DNA of 64,000 nt from an uncultured Pseudomonadales bacterium (GTDB lineage: Bacteria; Patescibacteriota; Microgenomatia; UBA1400; PJMF01): contig CAYOIJ010000001.1 of assembly GCA_964404025.1 (NCBI GenBank), forward strand, positions 22,685 through 86,684, given 5' to 3'. The translations under genes were made by a program, and so were the position numbers. Shown piece after piece: positions 1 to 8,944 of the stretch; within the stretch, counting starts at the first letter, position 1, and each line of letters begins with the position of its first letter. The notes below the pieces were generated by a model. That model was given only the letters and a program-made list of their open reading frames with translations. It was not told where the DNA came from and ran no database searches.

Positions 1-696
1 GGGGCAAATCAAAACCCTGATGTTAATCCTGAAATTAATTACTCACCAGCTAGAAAAAAACGTATTCAAGAATATTTAAAAAGTATTCCAGAAAACGATG
101 AGAAACTTGATGATTGGGATCATCATTATAAACAAAAAACTCAGGCTTTAATTGCCAATTATGATCAAGTTAAGGTTCGAGCTGAGAACATTTCCGTTAA
201 ACAAGGGGAAGAGACGAGTAAGCCACAGCTTAAAACAAGAATTCGTAAATTGAAAAACTTAAAAGAGGTTCAAGAAAAAAATGTTCAAGATAATTTGCAA
301 AATGAGATAGGGGTAAATGAGGAAATAATTAATTTAGAAAACAAACAAACAACCAACTACAGCTTAAGCGCAAATAATCCCCCCAACAAACAGCTAGAAA
401 ACAAAAGTGTTGATGAAAATAAATTAGAGCCAGAGCAAGCCAACCAATTAGTTGGAAGAGTGACTGATTCACAAGGGCAAAGTGTTAATAATGCTTTGCT
501 GGAAATATTTGCTAATGATCAAGATCAAGCCTTGCGCATCATTAAAACCAACGCTGCTGGTCAATTTTATATTAAAACAGCCCTTCCTAACGGAGAATAT
601 TTGATCAAAACTGAGGCCGAAGGCTTAGTGTTTTCTCCATTAAGTATTAGGTTGACTGGAAAAATAGTTCCAAGCATAAAAATTATTGCTGATTAA
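1..696 (+). CDS. C-terminal part of a protein whose 5' end lies outside the window. The C-terminus has a carboxypeptidase-regulatory-like / Cna-B-like beta-sandwich motif (GRVTDSQGQSV...NDQDQALRIIKTNAAGQFYI...LPNGEYLIKTEAEG)
   Basis: Frame 1 is open from nt 1 to the stop at 696. The ORF-track Met at 250 is internal. VTD..G.PV..A...TDANG.Y.I..LP.G.Y pattern by eye. Lies directly upstream of the VirB4-like pair. Confidence 0.4.
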   Translation, partial: GANQNPDVNPEINYSPARKKRIQEYLKSIPENDEKLDDWDHHYKQKTQALIANYDQVKVRAENISVKQGEETSKPQLKTRIRKLKNLKEVQEKNVQDNLQNEIGVNEEIINLENKQTTNYSLSANNPPNKQLENKSVDENKLEPEQANQLVGRVTDSQGQSVNNALLEIFANDQDQALRIIKTNAAGQFYIKTALPNGEYLIKTEAEGLVFSPLSIRLTGKIVPSIKIIAD

Positions 697-749
697 AAAT
701 TAAGACTCTTTTACTAAGGGTCAAAATCTAGTAAACTTAAACAAGACTC

Positions 750-1844
750 ATGAGTGATAACACTATTAGCTCTACTACGCAAGAATTTCTTGATGTTTTT
801 GATATTACCAACGACATGGTAATCCTTAAAGATGGTGTGGTATCCATCATTATGCAAATAGGCACCATGAACTTTAGTTTATTAGCAGAACAAGAACAAG
901 ATGCCATTATGTATACCTATGGTGCCTTGCTTAATTCTCTCAACTTCCCCATTCAAATTAATATTCAATCCAACATCAAAGACGCAACTAGATACCTAAG
1001 ATTACTCGAAAACCAGGCTAGACAAGCTAAATCTAGAGAGAAGGCTAAATTAATTGAAGAATACCGAGATTTTGTAGCTAATTTAATTCGCGAACGCAAT
1101 GTTTTAGAAAAAAAATTCTTTGTAGTTATTCCCACCAATGCTGGAGAAATGGGTTTATACACCGCAGAAAGCGTACTACCTGGTAAAACTAAATTTAACA
1201 TTAATAATTTTGAAAAAACCATCCTAATCGAAAAAGCCTCTACAATACTAGATCCTCGTAGAGATCATTTAATAGCTCAATTTAATAGGATTGGTTTATT
1301 CGCTAGACAACTAGATACTCAAGAAATTATTCAAAATTTTTATATTAACTACAATCCAGAATCAACAGAAGGACAAGAAGTTACTAATAGTGAAAGCTAT
1401 ACAACTCCTATGGTTAGGGCCAGTCTAACAAGCAATCAAAAACTTAGCACAGTAGAACAAGATAATGTCCAAGCTCAGACGCAGACTCAAGCTCCGGCCC
1501 CAAAACAAACACCAGCACAAACACCAGTTTCAGCGCCCAAGCCAGCACCAATACCGACATCACCACCAACACCGGCATCGTCACCAGAGATAACCACTGA
1601 ACCAACTGAAAGCTTTGTACCAAGCGAGATACCAAAAACCGACACCAATCCAACAAACTTCAGTGAAGAAATTGCGCAACTTCAAACAACAAGCCCCGAA
1701 CCAAATCAACCCTCACTAATAAATAATGATGCTCAAGAAACAAACTTAAACGTCCAAAACAATCAATTTAATCAAAAAATGATGCCACCTAGCTCAATCA
1801 ATCAAGTATTAAATAAAAATGAGTCAGGGCCCGTGGAGCTTTAA
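750..1844 (+). CDS. VirB4 N-terminal-domain-like protein with no Walker motifs and a Pro/Thr/Gln-rich low-complexity tail. Translationally coupled (TAATG overlap) to the downstream VirB4 ATPase
   Basis: N-terminus QEFLDVFDITNDMVILKDGVVSIIMQIGTMNFSLLAEQEQDAIMYTYGALLNSLNFPIQINIQ resembles the N-terminal signature of VirB4/TcpF/TraE ATPases (KDG...inf.l.s.eEq..i...f...ln.l....qi). No TM segment. Its stop overlaps the start of the next gene. Confidence 0.4.
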   Translation: MSDNTISSTTQEFLDVFDITNDMVILKDGVVSIIMQIGTMNFSLLAEQEQDAIMYTYGALLNSLNFPIQINIQSNIKDATRYLRLLENQARQAKSREKAKLIEEYRDFVANLIRERNVLEKKFFVVIPTNAGEMGLYTAESVLPGKTKFNINNFEKTILIEKASTILDPRRDHLIAQFNRIGLFARQLDTQEIIQNFYINYNPESTEGQEVTNSESYTTPMVRASLTSNQKLSTVEQDNVQAQTQTQAPAPKQTPAQTPVSAPKPAPIPTSPPTPASSPEITTEPTESFVPSEIPKTDTNPTNFSEEIAQLQTTSPEPNQPSLINNDAQETNLNVQNNQFNQKMMPPSSINQVLNKNESGPVEL

Positions 1845-4039
1845 TGTCAATTTTAGATTTTAACCTACCATTTCTTAACAAGAAAAAACCCAGCATCGAC
1901 CCTGTAGAACAAAAACAAATTGATGCAGAACAATACACCCAAGAAAAATTGAGAGATTTTTCTCGAGGCCTTGTTACCATTCAAGACATTATTGCTCCAG
2001 AAGCAATTGAGGTGGACTTCACCTATCAAAAAATTAATTCTACCTATACTAGAACTCTTTTTGTAGCTGGCTATCCCAGGAGTGTTCCTGCTAACTGGCT
2101 GTCCCCTCTAATTAATTTTCCTACTCAAGCCAATATTTCAATGTTTATTTTTCCTTCAGACACTAGTGAAATTTTAGACAACTTGAAGAGAAAAATTACC
2201 GAAATGGAGGCTGAGATTACCTCCGATGTCAGGGCGGGTAAAATTAGCAATATTAATACTGAAATTAAACTAAATGATGCTCGAGTTATGCGTGAACAGC
2301 TTGCTGCCGGATCAGAAAGATTTTTTCAATTTAGCTTATATGTCACCATCAAGAGTGAAAGTAAAGAGCAGTTAGAAAAAACCACTAAAGCTATTCAATC
2401 TGCTCTAGGATCTTTATTAATTGTTTCCAAAAAGTCAGCCCTACAAATGGATGAGGGCTTTAAAACAACCATTCCCATGGGTGTAGATCGCCTACTTGTT
2501 ACCAGAAACATGGACACCACTTCTCTTGCCACTACCTTTCCATTTACCTCCTCAGAACTAACCATGGAAACTGGTATTGTTTATGGGATTAACGAGCACA
2601 ATGACTCTCTGGTTATATTTGATCGCTTTCAAATGGAAAACGCCAATATGGTTATTTTTGCTAAGTCTGGAGCTGGTAAATCTTATACGGTTAAACTAGA
2701 AATTTTGCGACAGCTTATGTTCGACACAGAAATTATTGTTCTTGATCCAGAGCATGAGTATGAAGAGCTTTGTAAAATGGTGGGCGGAGAATACATTAAT
2801 TTTACTTTTGGTTCAAAAGCTAAGATTAATCCTTTCGATTTGTCCAACCTATATGAAGAAGGAGAAAACGAGCTTGGACAAAAAATTCTTTCACTTCACG
2901 GCTTGCTAAAAGTAATGTTGGGCGAAATGACTCCCCAACAAGAAGCAATACTAGATCGCGCTATTGTTGCTAGTTACAAGGCTAAAGGCATAACTCCAGA
3001 TCCCAACACACAAACCAACACTCCCCCACTAATGGAGGATCTTTATAAAGCCTTAATTGGCATGGAGCAAGATGAAAGCGCCGACTTAGCTGCTCGTTTA
3101 GAAAAATTTATTACCGGTTCTTTTCGCGGTATTTTTGATAAAGCTTCAAACATAGATATTAAATCTCCCTTCACAGTATTTAGTGTTAAAGAAATGGAAG
3201 AAGAACTGCGACCAATAGCAATGTATGTGATTCTTGACTTTATTTGGACAAAAATTAAGAAAGATCTCAAAAGAAGAATTTTGGTTATTGATGAGGCCTG
3301 GTACTTTATGATGCATCAGGACAGTTCAGCTTTTGTTTATTCAATGGTTAAAAGAGCGCGAAAATATTATTTAGGAATTACCACTATTACTCAAGACGTA
3401 GAAGACTTTTTACGAAATGATTATGGGCGAGCTATTGTTTCCAACTCCTCCATCCAGTTTTTAATGAAACAATCCACATCTTCAGTTCCTCTTTTAGCTC
3501 AAACTTTTTATCTGTCTGAAGGTGAAAGACAGCTCTTGGTTACTTCAGATGTTGGTGAGGGAATCTTTTTTGCTGGACAAAACCACGTGGCACTACGGGT
3601 AATTGCTTCTGATAAAGAACATCAGGTAATTACTACTGATCCAGAGGAAATTTTGAGTCAAAGAAAACAAGCTAGTGCTGAAAGAGAATTACGCCGCCAA
3701 AGACTTGAACAAAGCTCATCTGTAGAAACGCCAGAAGAAAAAGTTGGATCCTTTGAGACACCAAGTAAAATTCCCTGGCAAGGAGAAGAAATTAATTTTA
3801 CAACAGACGTATTGGAAGACGCAACAAATAAAGCAGAAAAAAATCTAAAACAAAATCCAGTGTTACCTCAAATTAAAAATATTTTTGATGGCGAAGGTCA
3901 TGCACAAACAGAATCTCAAAATATAGAGACTAAAAACCAAAATGCAAATCCTGATAGTCCTACAAGCACGGAGAGCGAAGAATCAAACAATAAACAGCAC
4001 TTTGGCTATTCAATTGACGACTATCAAGCTCCAAAATAA
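1844..4039 (+). CDS. virB4: VirB4/TraE/TcpF-family (AAA_10) type IV secretion / conjugative transfer ATPase
   Basis: Walker A VIFAKSGAGKSYTVK, Walker B RRILVIDEAWYFM, GITTITQDVEDF motif. VirB4-type N-terminal region (IAPEAIEVDFTYQKINSTYTRTLFVAGYPRSV). 731 aa with an unusual roughly 130-aa low-complexity acidic/polar C-terminal tail. Confidence 0.8.
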   Translation: MSILDFNLPFLNKKKPSIDPVEQKQIDAEQYTQEKLRDFSRGLVTIQDIIAPEAIEVDFTYQKINSTYTRTLFVAGYPRSVPANWLSPLINFPTQANISMFIFPSDTSEILDNLKRKITEMEAEITSDVRAGKISNINTEIKLNDARVMREQLAAGSERFFQFSLYVTIKSESKEQLEKTTKAIQSALGSLLIVSKKSALQMDEGFKTTIPMGVDRLLVTRNMDTTSLATTFPFTSSELTMETGIVYGINEHNDSLVIFDRFQMENANMVIFAKSGAGKSYTVKLEILRQLMFDTEIIVLDPEHEYEELCKMVGGEYINFTFGSKAKINPFDLSNLYEEGENELGQKILSLHGLLKVMLGEMTPQQEAILDRAIVASYKAKGITPDPNTQTNTPPLMEDLYKALIGMEQDESADLAARLEKFITGSFRGIFDKASNIDIKSPFTVFSVKEMEEELRPIAMYVILDFIWTKIKKDLKRRILVIDEAWYFMMHQDSSAFVYSMVKRARKYYLGITTITQDVEDFLRNDYGRAIVSNSSIQFLMKQSTSSVPLLAQTFYLSEGERQLLVTSDVGEGIFFAGQNHVALRVIASDKEHQVITTDPEEILSQRKQASAERELRRQRLEQSSSVETPEEKVGSFETPSKIPWQGEEINFTTDVLEDATNKAEKNLKQNPVLPQIKNIFDGEGHAQTESQNIETKNQNANPDSPTSTESEESNNKQHFGYSIDDYQAPK

Positions 4040-4050
4040 AAAATTGCCCC

Positions 4051-4080
4051 TTGTCAAATGTGGAAAACACTGTGTATAAC
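4051..4080 (+). promoter_or_regulatory. Putative dnaA promoter. A TTGTCA -35-like element and a TATAAC/GTATAA -10-like element overlap two DnaA-box-like 9-mers (TGTGGAAAA 4059-4067, TGTGTATAA 4071-4079)
   Basis: Read directly. Each 9-mer has one mismatch to TGTGGATAA (the reverse complement of TTATCCACA). 60-90 nt upstream of the dnaA ATG. Confidence 0.3.
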
Positions 4081-4143
4081 TATGAGTGTTAAATTTCTTT
4101 TGTAGTTTCAAATTCTGCCCCAGAAAGATGTCTAAGGATTAGT

Positions 4144-5652
4144 ATGTCAGAACAAGCTTATGATTCTCAAACCATAGAACAAATTTGGCAAATGGCTAAA
4201 AATGATCTAGAAAGCAGCTTAAGTCCAGCAATTTTTAATACATGGATTCTACCTAGCCCACTCACCCAACTGAGAGTTATTGATGAATTAAAAGCTGAGG
4301 CAACAATAAATTGCATGACTGCATTTCACGCAACCAATCTAAAATCCAATCTTTATTTACCAATTAAAACCGCTTTAGAAAAATATGTAAATCGACCGCT
4401 AGAAATAAATTTTGTGGTGGGTGATGGTAAAAAAACAGAAAAGCAAAACGACGGTTTTGTTCAAACCGACCATCGCCTCAGTTCTAAAAAAAAACAGACT
4501 CACAAAACAAATGAAAGTACAGACGGACCAGGACTAGTTTCCCCCACCGTAGACGAGTTGTTTTCTTACTCAAATATTGAGAATAATGCTATTGATAGGT
4601 TTAATTTAAGAGCTAAACAAATAGGTCTTAAAAACGATTTTACTTTTAACAATTTTGCTGTTGATCCTAGCAACCAAATGGCTCATGCCGCTGCTACCAA
4701 GGTTGCCAGTAGTCCCGGTTCAAGCTACAACCCTCTCTTTTTATATGGCGGGGTGGGCGTGGGCAAAACACATCTTATGCACGCCATTGCCAACTACATT
4801 TTAAAAAACGATCCAGACATCAATATTGTTTTCTGTACTGGCGAACAATTTACTAACGAAATTATTCGCTCAATTCAAAACAAAAACTCAGCTCAATTCC
4901 GCAATAAATATCGACGCGCTGAATTATTACTATTAGACGACATCCAATTTATTGCTGGTAAAAAAAGTGTTCAAGAGGAATTTTTCCATACTTTTAATGC
5001 TTTGACTGGAAATAATTCGCAAGTTATTTTAACCTCCGACCTTCCTCCCCACGAAATTAGTTTGCTAGAGGATAGAATTCGCTCACGCTTTGAGGCTGGT
5101 CTAATGATTGATATTCAACAACCAACTCTAGAACTTCGTACAGCAATTTTACTACTCAAAGCACAATCTAATCACATCAACATTCCCAACCACCTCGCCC
5201 AAAGAATTGCTGCTCAAGTTGACAGTGCTAGACGAATTGAGGGAATTATTAAAAAAATTCGCAGCGCCGTTGAACTACAAGGAGCAGAGATCAATGTTGA
5301 GTTAATCGACTTAATTCTTAAAAAAGAAATTAGACATAATCATAAAAAAATGCTCAAGGTTAAGCCACAAGACATTATTCAAAGCGTTAGTAACCACTTT
5401 CACCTTAAGCAAAGCGCTATTAAGGGTGGAAGGCGCAATAAAGAGTTGGTTAAGGCTCGCCATATTGCCATGTACCTTTTAAGACAGGAACTAAATAGCT
5501 CTCTTGAAGAAATTGGCCAGTGGTTTGGTGGTCGTGATCACACCAGCGTTATCCATGCCGTTAAAAAAATTGAAAAGGAGTTGTTGGTTGATGAGACAAT
5601 CATTCAAGATGTTTCTGCTTTAAAAATGTCTTTAGTAGCCATTTCTAAATAA
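4144..5652 (+). CDS. dnaA: Chromosomal replication initiator protein DnaA
   Basis: AAA+ Walker A LFLYGGVGVGKTHLMHAIANYI, Walker B LLLLDDIQFIAGK. C-terminal DnaA HTH (IAMYLLRQELNSSLEEIGQWFGGRDHTSVIHAVKKIE). 502 aa. Confidence 0.95.
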   Translation: MSEQAYDSQTIEQIWQMAKNDLESSLSPAIFNTWILPSPLTQLRVIDELKAEATINCMTAFHATNLKSNLYLPIKTALEKYVNRPLEINFVVGDGKKTEKQNDGFVQTDHRLSSKKKQTHKTNESTDGPGLVSPTVDELFSYSNIENNAIDRFNLRAKQIGLKNDFTFNNFAVDPSNQMAHAAATKVASSPGSSYNPLFLYGGVGVGKTHLMHAIANYILKNDPDINIVFCTGEQFTNEIIRSIQNKNSAQFRNKYRRAELLLLDDIQFIAGKKSVQEEFFHTFNALTGNNSQVILTSDLPPHEISLLEDRIRSRFEAGLMIDIQQPTLELRTAILLLKAQSNHINIPNHLAQRIAAQVDSARRIEGIIKKIRSAVELQGAEINVELIDLILKKEIRHNHKKMLKVKPQDIIQSVSNHFHLKQSAIKGGRRNKELVKARHIAMYLLRQELNSSLEEIGQWFGGRDHTSVIHAVKKIEKELLVDETIIQDVSALKMSLVAISK

Positions 5653-5713
5653 ACACATTAAAAAAACTGATTTATGCTTATTTTTTAAACAAAAACAAAC
5701 ATAAACAATACAC

Positions 5714-5722
5714 TTTTCCACA
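5714..5722 (+). promoter_or_regulatory. DnaA box, one mismatch (TTTTCCACA)
   Basis: Read directly. 15 bp upstream of the perfect box and in the opposite orientation. Confidence 0.5.
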
Positions 5723-5736
5723 AACCTGAAAAACTC

Positions 5737-5745
5737 TGTGGATAA
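5737..5745 (-). promoter_or_regulatory. Perfect DnaA box (TGTGGATAA on +, which is TTATCCACA on -)
   Basis: Exact 9-mer read at 5737-5745. Confidence 0.75.
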
Positions 5746-5860
5746 AGTATGAATAAACTGTGAAAAAGCTTGAATAATTATTAACCCCTTGTTTATTAAA
5801 CTTAAACTTATGCTAAGTTCTTCTAAAAAGCTCACAAGGAAATTCACTACTTTATGCCAT

Positions 5861-5869
5861 TTATTCACA
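5861..5869 (+). promoter_or_regulatory. DnaA box, one mismatch (TTATTCACA)
   Basis: Read directly. Confidence 0.5.
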
Positions 5870-5937
5870 AAAAAATTAGACCTAAAAAGAACATTTTTTT
5901 TGAGTAATTTCATCGTTTTCGTGAATAAATTTTCACT

Positions 5938-6005
5938 TTCCCACCACACCTACTACTACTATTACTATTTATATATAAATTAATTATAGAAATTAAAATT
6001 TATCA
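5938..6005. repeat. GC-cluster (CCCACCACACC), then six tandem trinucleotides TAC TAC TAC TAT TAC TAT (5951-5968), then an AT-rich tract (5969-6005). This architecture resembles DnaA-trios followed by a DNA unwinding element
   Basis: Read directly. The order DnaA box, GC cluster, 3-nt periodic repeat, AT-rich region matches the described bacterial basal unwinding module. Confidence 0.5.
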
Positions 6006-6011
6006 GTTACA

Positions 6012-7160
6012 ATGAAGTTTATGAAAATAATCGCTCTACAAGAAAATATTAAACAAGAACTTGTTTATTTACAAAAAATTATACCAAGTAGACCACAATT
6101 ACCAATTTTATCTTCTATTTTTCTTAAATCCCAGGATAATAAATTAGTTCTGGCCGCAACAGACCTATATCTAGGTATGCGGTCTAGCACAGTGGTTGAG
6201 GTTAAAGAAAAAGGATCTCTAGTTGTTGATGGTGATACTTTTCGTAGTTTAATTTTTTCCCTTTCTCCTGGAAAAATTACTCTAGAGTTAGTAGACTCTG
6301 TTTTGAAAATAACCCAGGGTAAAACAAAAATTAAATTAAGCTGTCAATCTACCGAAGAATATCCTAAATTTCCTGATGTCAGTGGTGACTCTTTTAAGTT
6401 ACAAACAACAGATTTGGAAAAGATTCAAAAATTAGTAATCTTTGCTACTAGCACTGATCAAACAAGACCGGTTCTAACATCGTTATTAATGAAATTTTCT
6501 GACAAAGGTTTGACCGTTGTCGGAACAGATGGTTTTAGATTAGCCAACCTTGAGCTTAATGAACTCAAATTCTCTTTTAATAAAAATCTAATGGTTCCGG
6601 CCAAAGCACTAAGTGAATTGTTGAGAATAGCTAAGCAGTGCCAGAGTGACGAAGTGGAAATAATTGTAGCTGAAGAATTAAAACAGCTTTTATTTAAGGT
6701 TAATGGTATTGAGTTTTTTGTCAGATTAATCGAGGGAGATTATCCACCCTATCAAAAAATTATTCCTCCAAGCTTTCGCTTAAAAGCACAAATTGATGGC
6801 GAGGAGTTTCTAGATCAACTTAAAAGAGCACAAATTTTTTCAAGAGAGAGTTCGAATATTGTTCGCTTGTCATTTAAAAATGAAAATAAAAACAATTATT
6901 TGATAATAAAATCAATCTCCCCAACTTACGGAGAATATGTTGGAGAGATGTCCATTGAGATAGATACTGAAATTTTAAAGCAAGAATTAAACGAACTACA
7001 AATAGCTTTTAATGTTTTGTACTTAATTGATTTCATTAACGCAGTTGACACAGAAAAAATATCTTTAAGCGTAAACGAAAGCTTAAAACCCGCGAAATTT
7101 ACCAATCCATCAGATAAAAACTATTTATATATTAGCATGCCGTTCAGAGTCAACGAATAA
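6012..7160 (+). CDS. dnaN: DNA polymerase III beta sliding clamp
   Basis: Position after dnaA. 382 aa. The N-terminus MKFMKIIALQENIKQELVYLQKIIPSRPQLPILSSIFLK...LAATDLYLGMRS matches the DnaN N-terminal signature (R.TLPILSN.L....L.L.ATDLE). Confidence 0.85.
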   Translation: MKFMKIIALQENIKQELVYLQKIIPSRPQLPILSSIFLKSQDNKLVLAATDLYLGMRSSTVVEVKEKGSLVVDGDTFRSLIFSLSPGKITLELVDSVLKITQGKTKIKLSCQSTEEYPKFPDVSGDSFKLQTTDLEKIQKLVIFATSTDQTRPVLTSLLMKFSDKGLTVVGTDGFRLANLELNELKFSFNKNLMVPAKALSELLRIAKQCQSDEVEIIVAEELKQLLFKVNGIEFFVRLIEGDYPPYQKIIPPSFRLKAQIDGEEFLDQLKRAQIFSRESSNIVRLSFKNENKNNYLIIKSISPTYGEYVGEMSIEIDTEILKQELNELQIAFNVLYLIDFINAVDTEKISLSVNESLKPAKFTNPSDKNYLYISMPFRVNE

Positions 7161-7181
7161 GTCATGTTATAATAATCGCTT

Positions 7182-7328
7182 ATGAAAAGAACCTGGAATC
7201 CTAAGAAAAAAAAGCGTTTAAGAATGCATGGCTTTTTAAAAAGAATGTCTACTTTGGGTGGTCGAAGAATTTTAGCTAGACGCAGAGCAAAAAAACGAAA
7301 AAAACTGACCGTAATTAAAAAAGCCTAA
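7182..7328 (+). CDS. rpmH: Ribosomal protein L34
   Basis: Not in the ORF track because it is only 48 aa. Hand translation gives [48 protein letters not shown], the classic L34 sequence. Directly precedes rnpA. Confidence 0.85.
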   Translation: MKRTWNPKKKKRLRMHGFLKRMSTLGGRRILARRRAKKRKKLTVIKKA

Positions 7329-7370
7329 ATTTTTAACAATTTTTCTTTTTTTAGAGTAAAATTAAATTTA

Positions 7371-7736
7371 ATGTTGGCAAAAAAATATCGCCTCAATTTA
7401 ACTTTGACAGAAAATAGTCAAATGTTTAAGAGTGGCTTAAGCCAACAATTTACAGGCAAAAGCTTGTTGTTTTATTATCGGCCAAATAAAACTAAATTGA
7501 AGATCGCTGCCCTAGCCCCCTCAAGAATCTTCCCAAAAGCTTATCAGCGTAATCGCTACAGACGGCTACTTTACAACTTAATTATTAAAAAAAATAAAGA
7601 AATGTCGGGGGCTGGAAAATACAATCTATTTGATAAAAAAATTGATTTAATTATTGTTTACAAAGATCGCAATTTTAAAAATAGTGATTTAGAAGAAGAT
7701 TTAAATAAATTTTTAGAGAAATATGCGGATATATAA
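7371..7736 (+). CDS. rnpA: RNase P protein component
   Basis: 121-aa basic protein immediately after rpmH. Conserved RNR..RRL segment (YQRNRYRRLLYN). Canonical rpmH-rnpA synteny. Confidence 0.75.
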   Translation: MLAKKYRLNLTLTENSQMFKSGLSQQFTGKSLLFYYRPNKTKLKIAALAPSRIFPKAYQRNRYRRLLYNLIIKKNKEMSGAGKYNLFDKKIDLIIVYKDRNFKNSDLEEDLNKFLEKYADI

Positions 7737-7905
7737 GCTTTTAAGCACAATTAGACACAATATTATGTATAGTGTTTTTGGCTATTCCTCGGTGTGTGGT
7801 CAGACACCAAGCTGTAGTCAATATACTGCTCTAGAAATAAAAAAGAATGGTACAATTATCGGGTTAGCGAAAGGAATTTGGCGAGTGCTTAATTGTCGCC
7901 ACTAA
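7723..7905 (+). CDS. yidD: Membrane protein insertion efficiency factor YidD
   Basis: 60 aa with the YidD Cys motif (GQTPSCSQYTALEI...GTIIGLAKGIWRVLNCRH). Overlaps rnpA by 14 nt and precedes yidC. Confidence 0.7.
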   Translation: MRIYKLLSTIRHNIMYSVFGYSSVCGQTPSCSQYTALEIKKNGTIIGLAKGIWRVLNCRH

Positions 7906-7912
7906 GAGAATT

Positions 7913-8935
7913 ATGGGATTTTTAATTACTTTTTTCAGTGAAGTTTTATTATTTTTTAATGGCGCGCTGGGCAGTGTTGGTCTAGCTCTTATAGTTTTTA
8001 CTATAATTATTCGTTTGTTAATTTTGCCATTGACCCTACCAAGCATCAAGTCAAGTCAAAAAATTAAAAAACTTCAACCAGAATTAAAGAAAATTAAAGA
8101 AAAATTTAAAGGAGACAAACAGGGTTATGCTCTTGCTCAATCTCAGCTTTATAAAAGTTATAATATTAATCCCCTAGCTGGTTGTTTACCTCAAATAATT
8201 CAGCTAGTTATTTTAATTATTTTGTATCGGGCAATTATTGGCTTATTTGATCAATCAAATAGCCTAAACTTTAATTTTTTATGGACTGACCTTAGTCAAC
8301 CAGATAAACTATATATTTTCCCAATTTTAGCAGCACTTAGTCAATTTATTTTATCCTTGATGATTTCTCCAGCTACTCAAACTAGAGATGTAGTGTCAAA
8401 CAAAACCCAGGACGAGCTGTTGAAAAAAGCTAATGAAAAGGAAGAGGACATTGCTGAAATGGCTTCTACCATGCAACAGCAAATGATGTTTTTAATGCCA
8501 ATTATGACAGGTGTAATTGCTTTAAGGTTGCCATCAGGCCTAGCCCTTTACTGGATAATGGGAACTATTTTTAGTATTGTTACTCAGTATTTTGTGTCTG
8601 GATTGGGAGGAATTGCTGTTTTTTGGAATAATAATATTGCTAAAAAAGGGCTTTTTGGAGCTAAGCTTTTACCAGAAGAACAAGGCAAGAACTTTTTGCT
8701 AGAAGAAAACAAGCAAGAAAAGATAGTTAAAGAAGCTCCTTTAAAAAAACTATTAAAAAAAAGTGGTACCAGCAAAGAAACCACAGAACTAGCTGAACTT
8801 TTAATAAAAAAAGGAGCCAGCACAGAGGCTTTACCAGCAAAAAACACTAGGGCAACTAAAACAAAGGCTCAGGAAAAAATTAAAAAAAACCGTCGGCAAA
8901 AAAAACGAGCAGCTAAAAAAAAGAAACGCTCTTGA
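7913..8935 (+). CDS. yidC: Membrane protein insertase YidC/Oxa1 family with a Lys-rich C-terminal tail
   Basis: YidC core motif YNINPLAGCLPQIIQLVILIILY. Multiple TM segments. Basic ribosome-binding tail. Ends with a TGA stop. Confidence 0.85.
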   Translation: MGFLITFFSEVLLFFNGALGSVGLALIVFTIIIRLLILPLTLPSIKSSQKIKKLQPELKKIKEKFKGDKQGYALAQSQLYKSYNINPLAGCLPQIIQLVILIILYRAIIGLFDQSNSLNFNFLWTDLSQPDKLYIFPILAALSQFILSLMISPATQTRDVVSNKTQDELLKKANEKEEDIAEMASTMQQQMMFLMPIMTGVIALRLPSGLALYWIMGTIFSIVTQYFVSGLGGIAVFWNNNIAKKGLFGAKLLPEEQGKNFLLEENKQEKIVKEAPLKKLLKKSGTSKETTELAELLIKKGASTEALPAKNTRATKTKAQEKIKKNRRQKKRAAKKKKRS

Positions 8936-8944
8936 AAGACTAAT

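Larger units (their letters stand above)
5653..6011. other. Probable oriC (bipartite, Gram-positive-like) in the dnaA-dnaN intergenic region
   Basis: 359-bp non-coding AT-rich spacer. Holds a perfect DnaA box, two one-mismatch boxes, a trinucleotide-periodic element and an AT tract (see sub-features). The ORF-track ORFs here are low-complexity and judged spurious. Confidence 0.7.

Noticed and set aside
5632-5983. ORF-track ORFs 5632..5949 (-) and 5789..5983 (+) in the dnaA-dnaN spacer
   Set aside because: They are low-complexity, AT-driven translations that overlap DnaA boxes and the AT-rich unwinding region, with no RBS and no protein-like composition. Interpreted as non-coding oriC.
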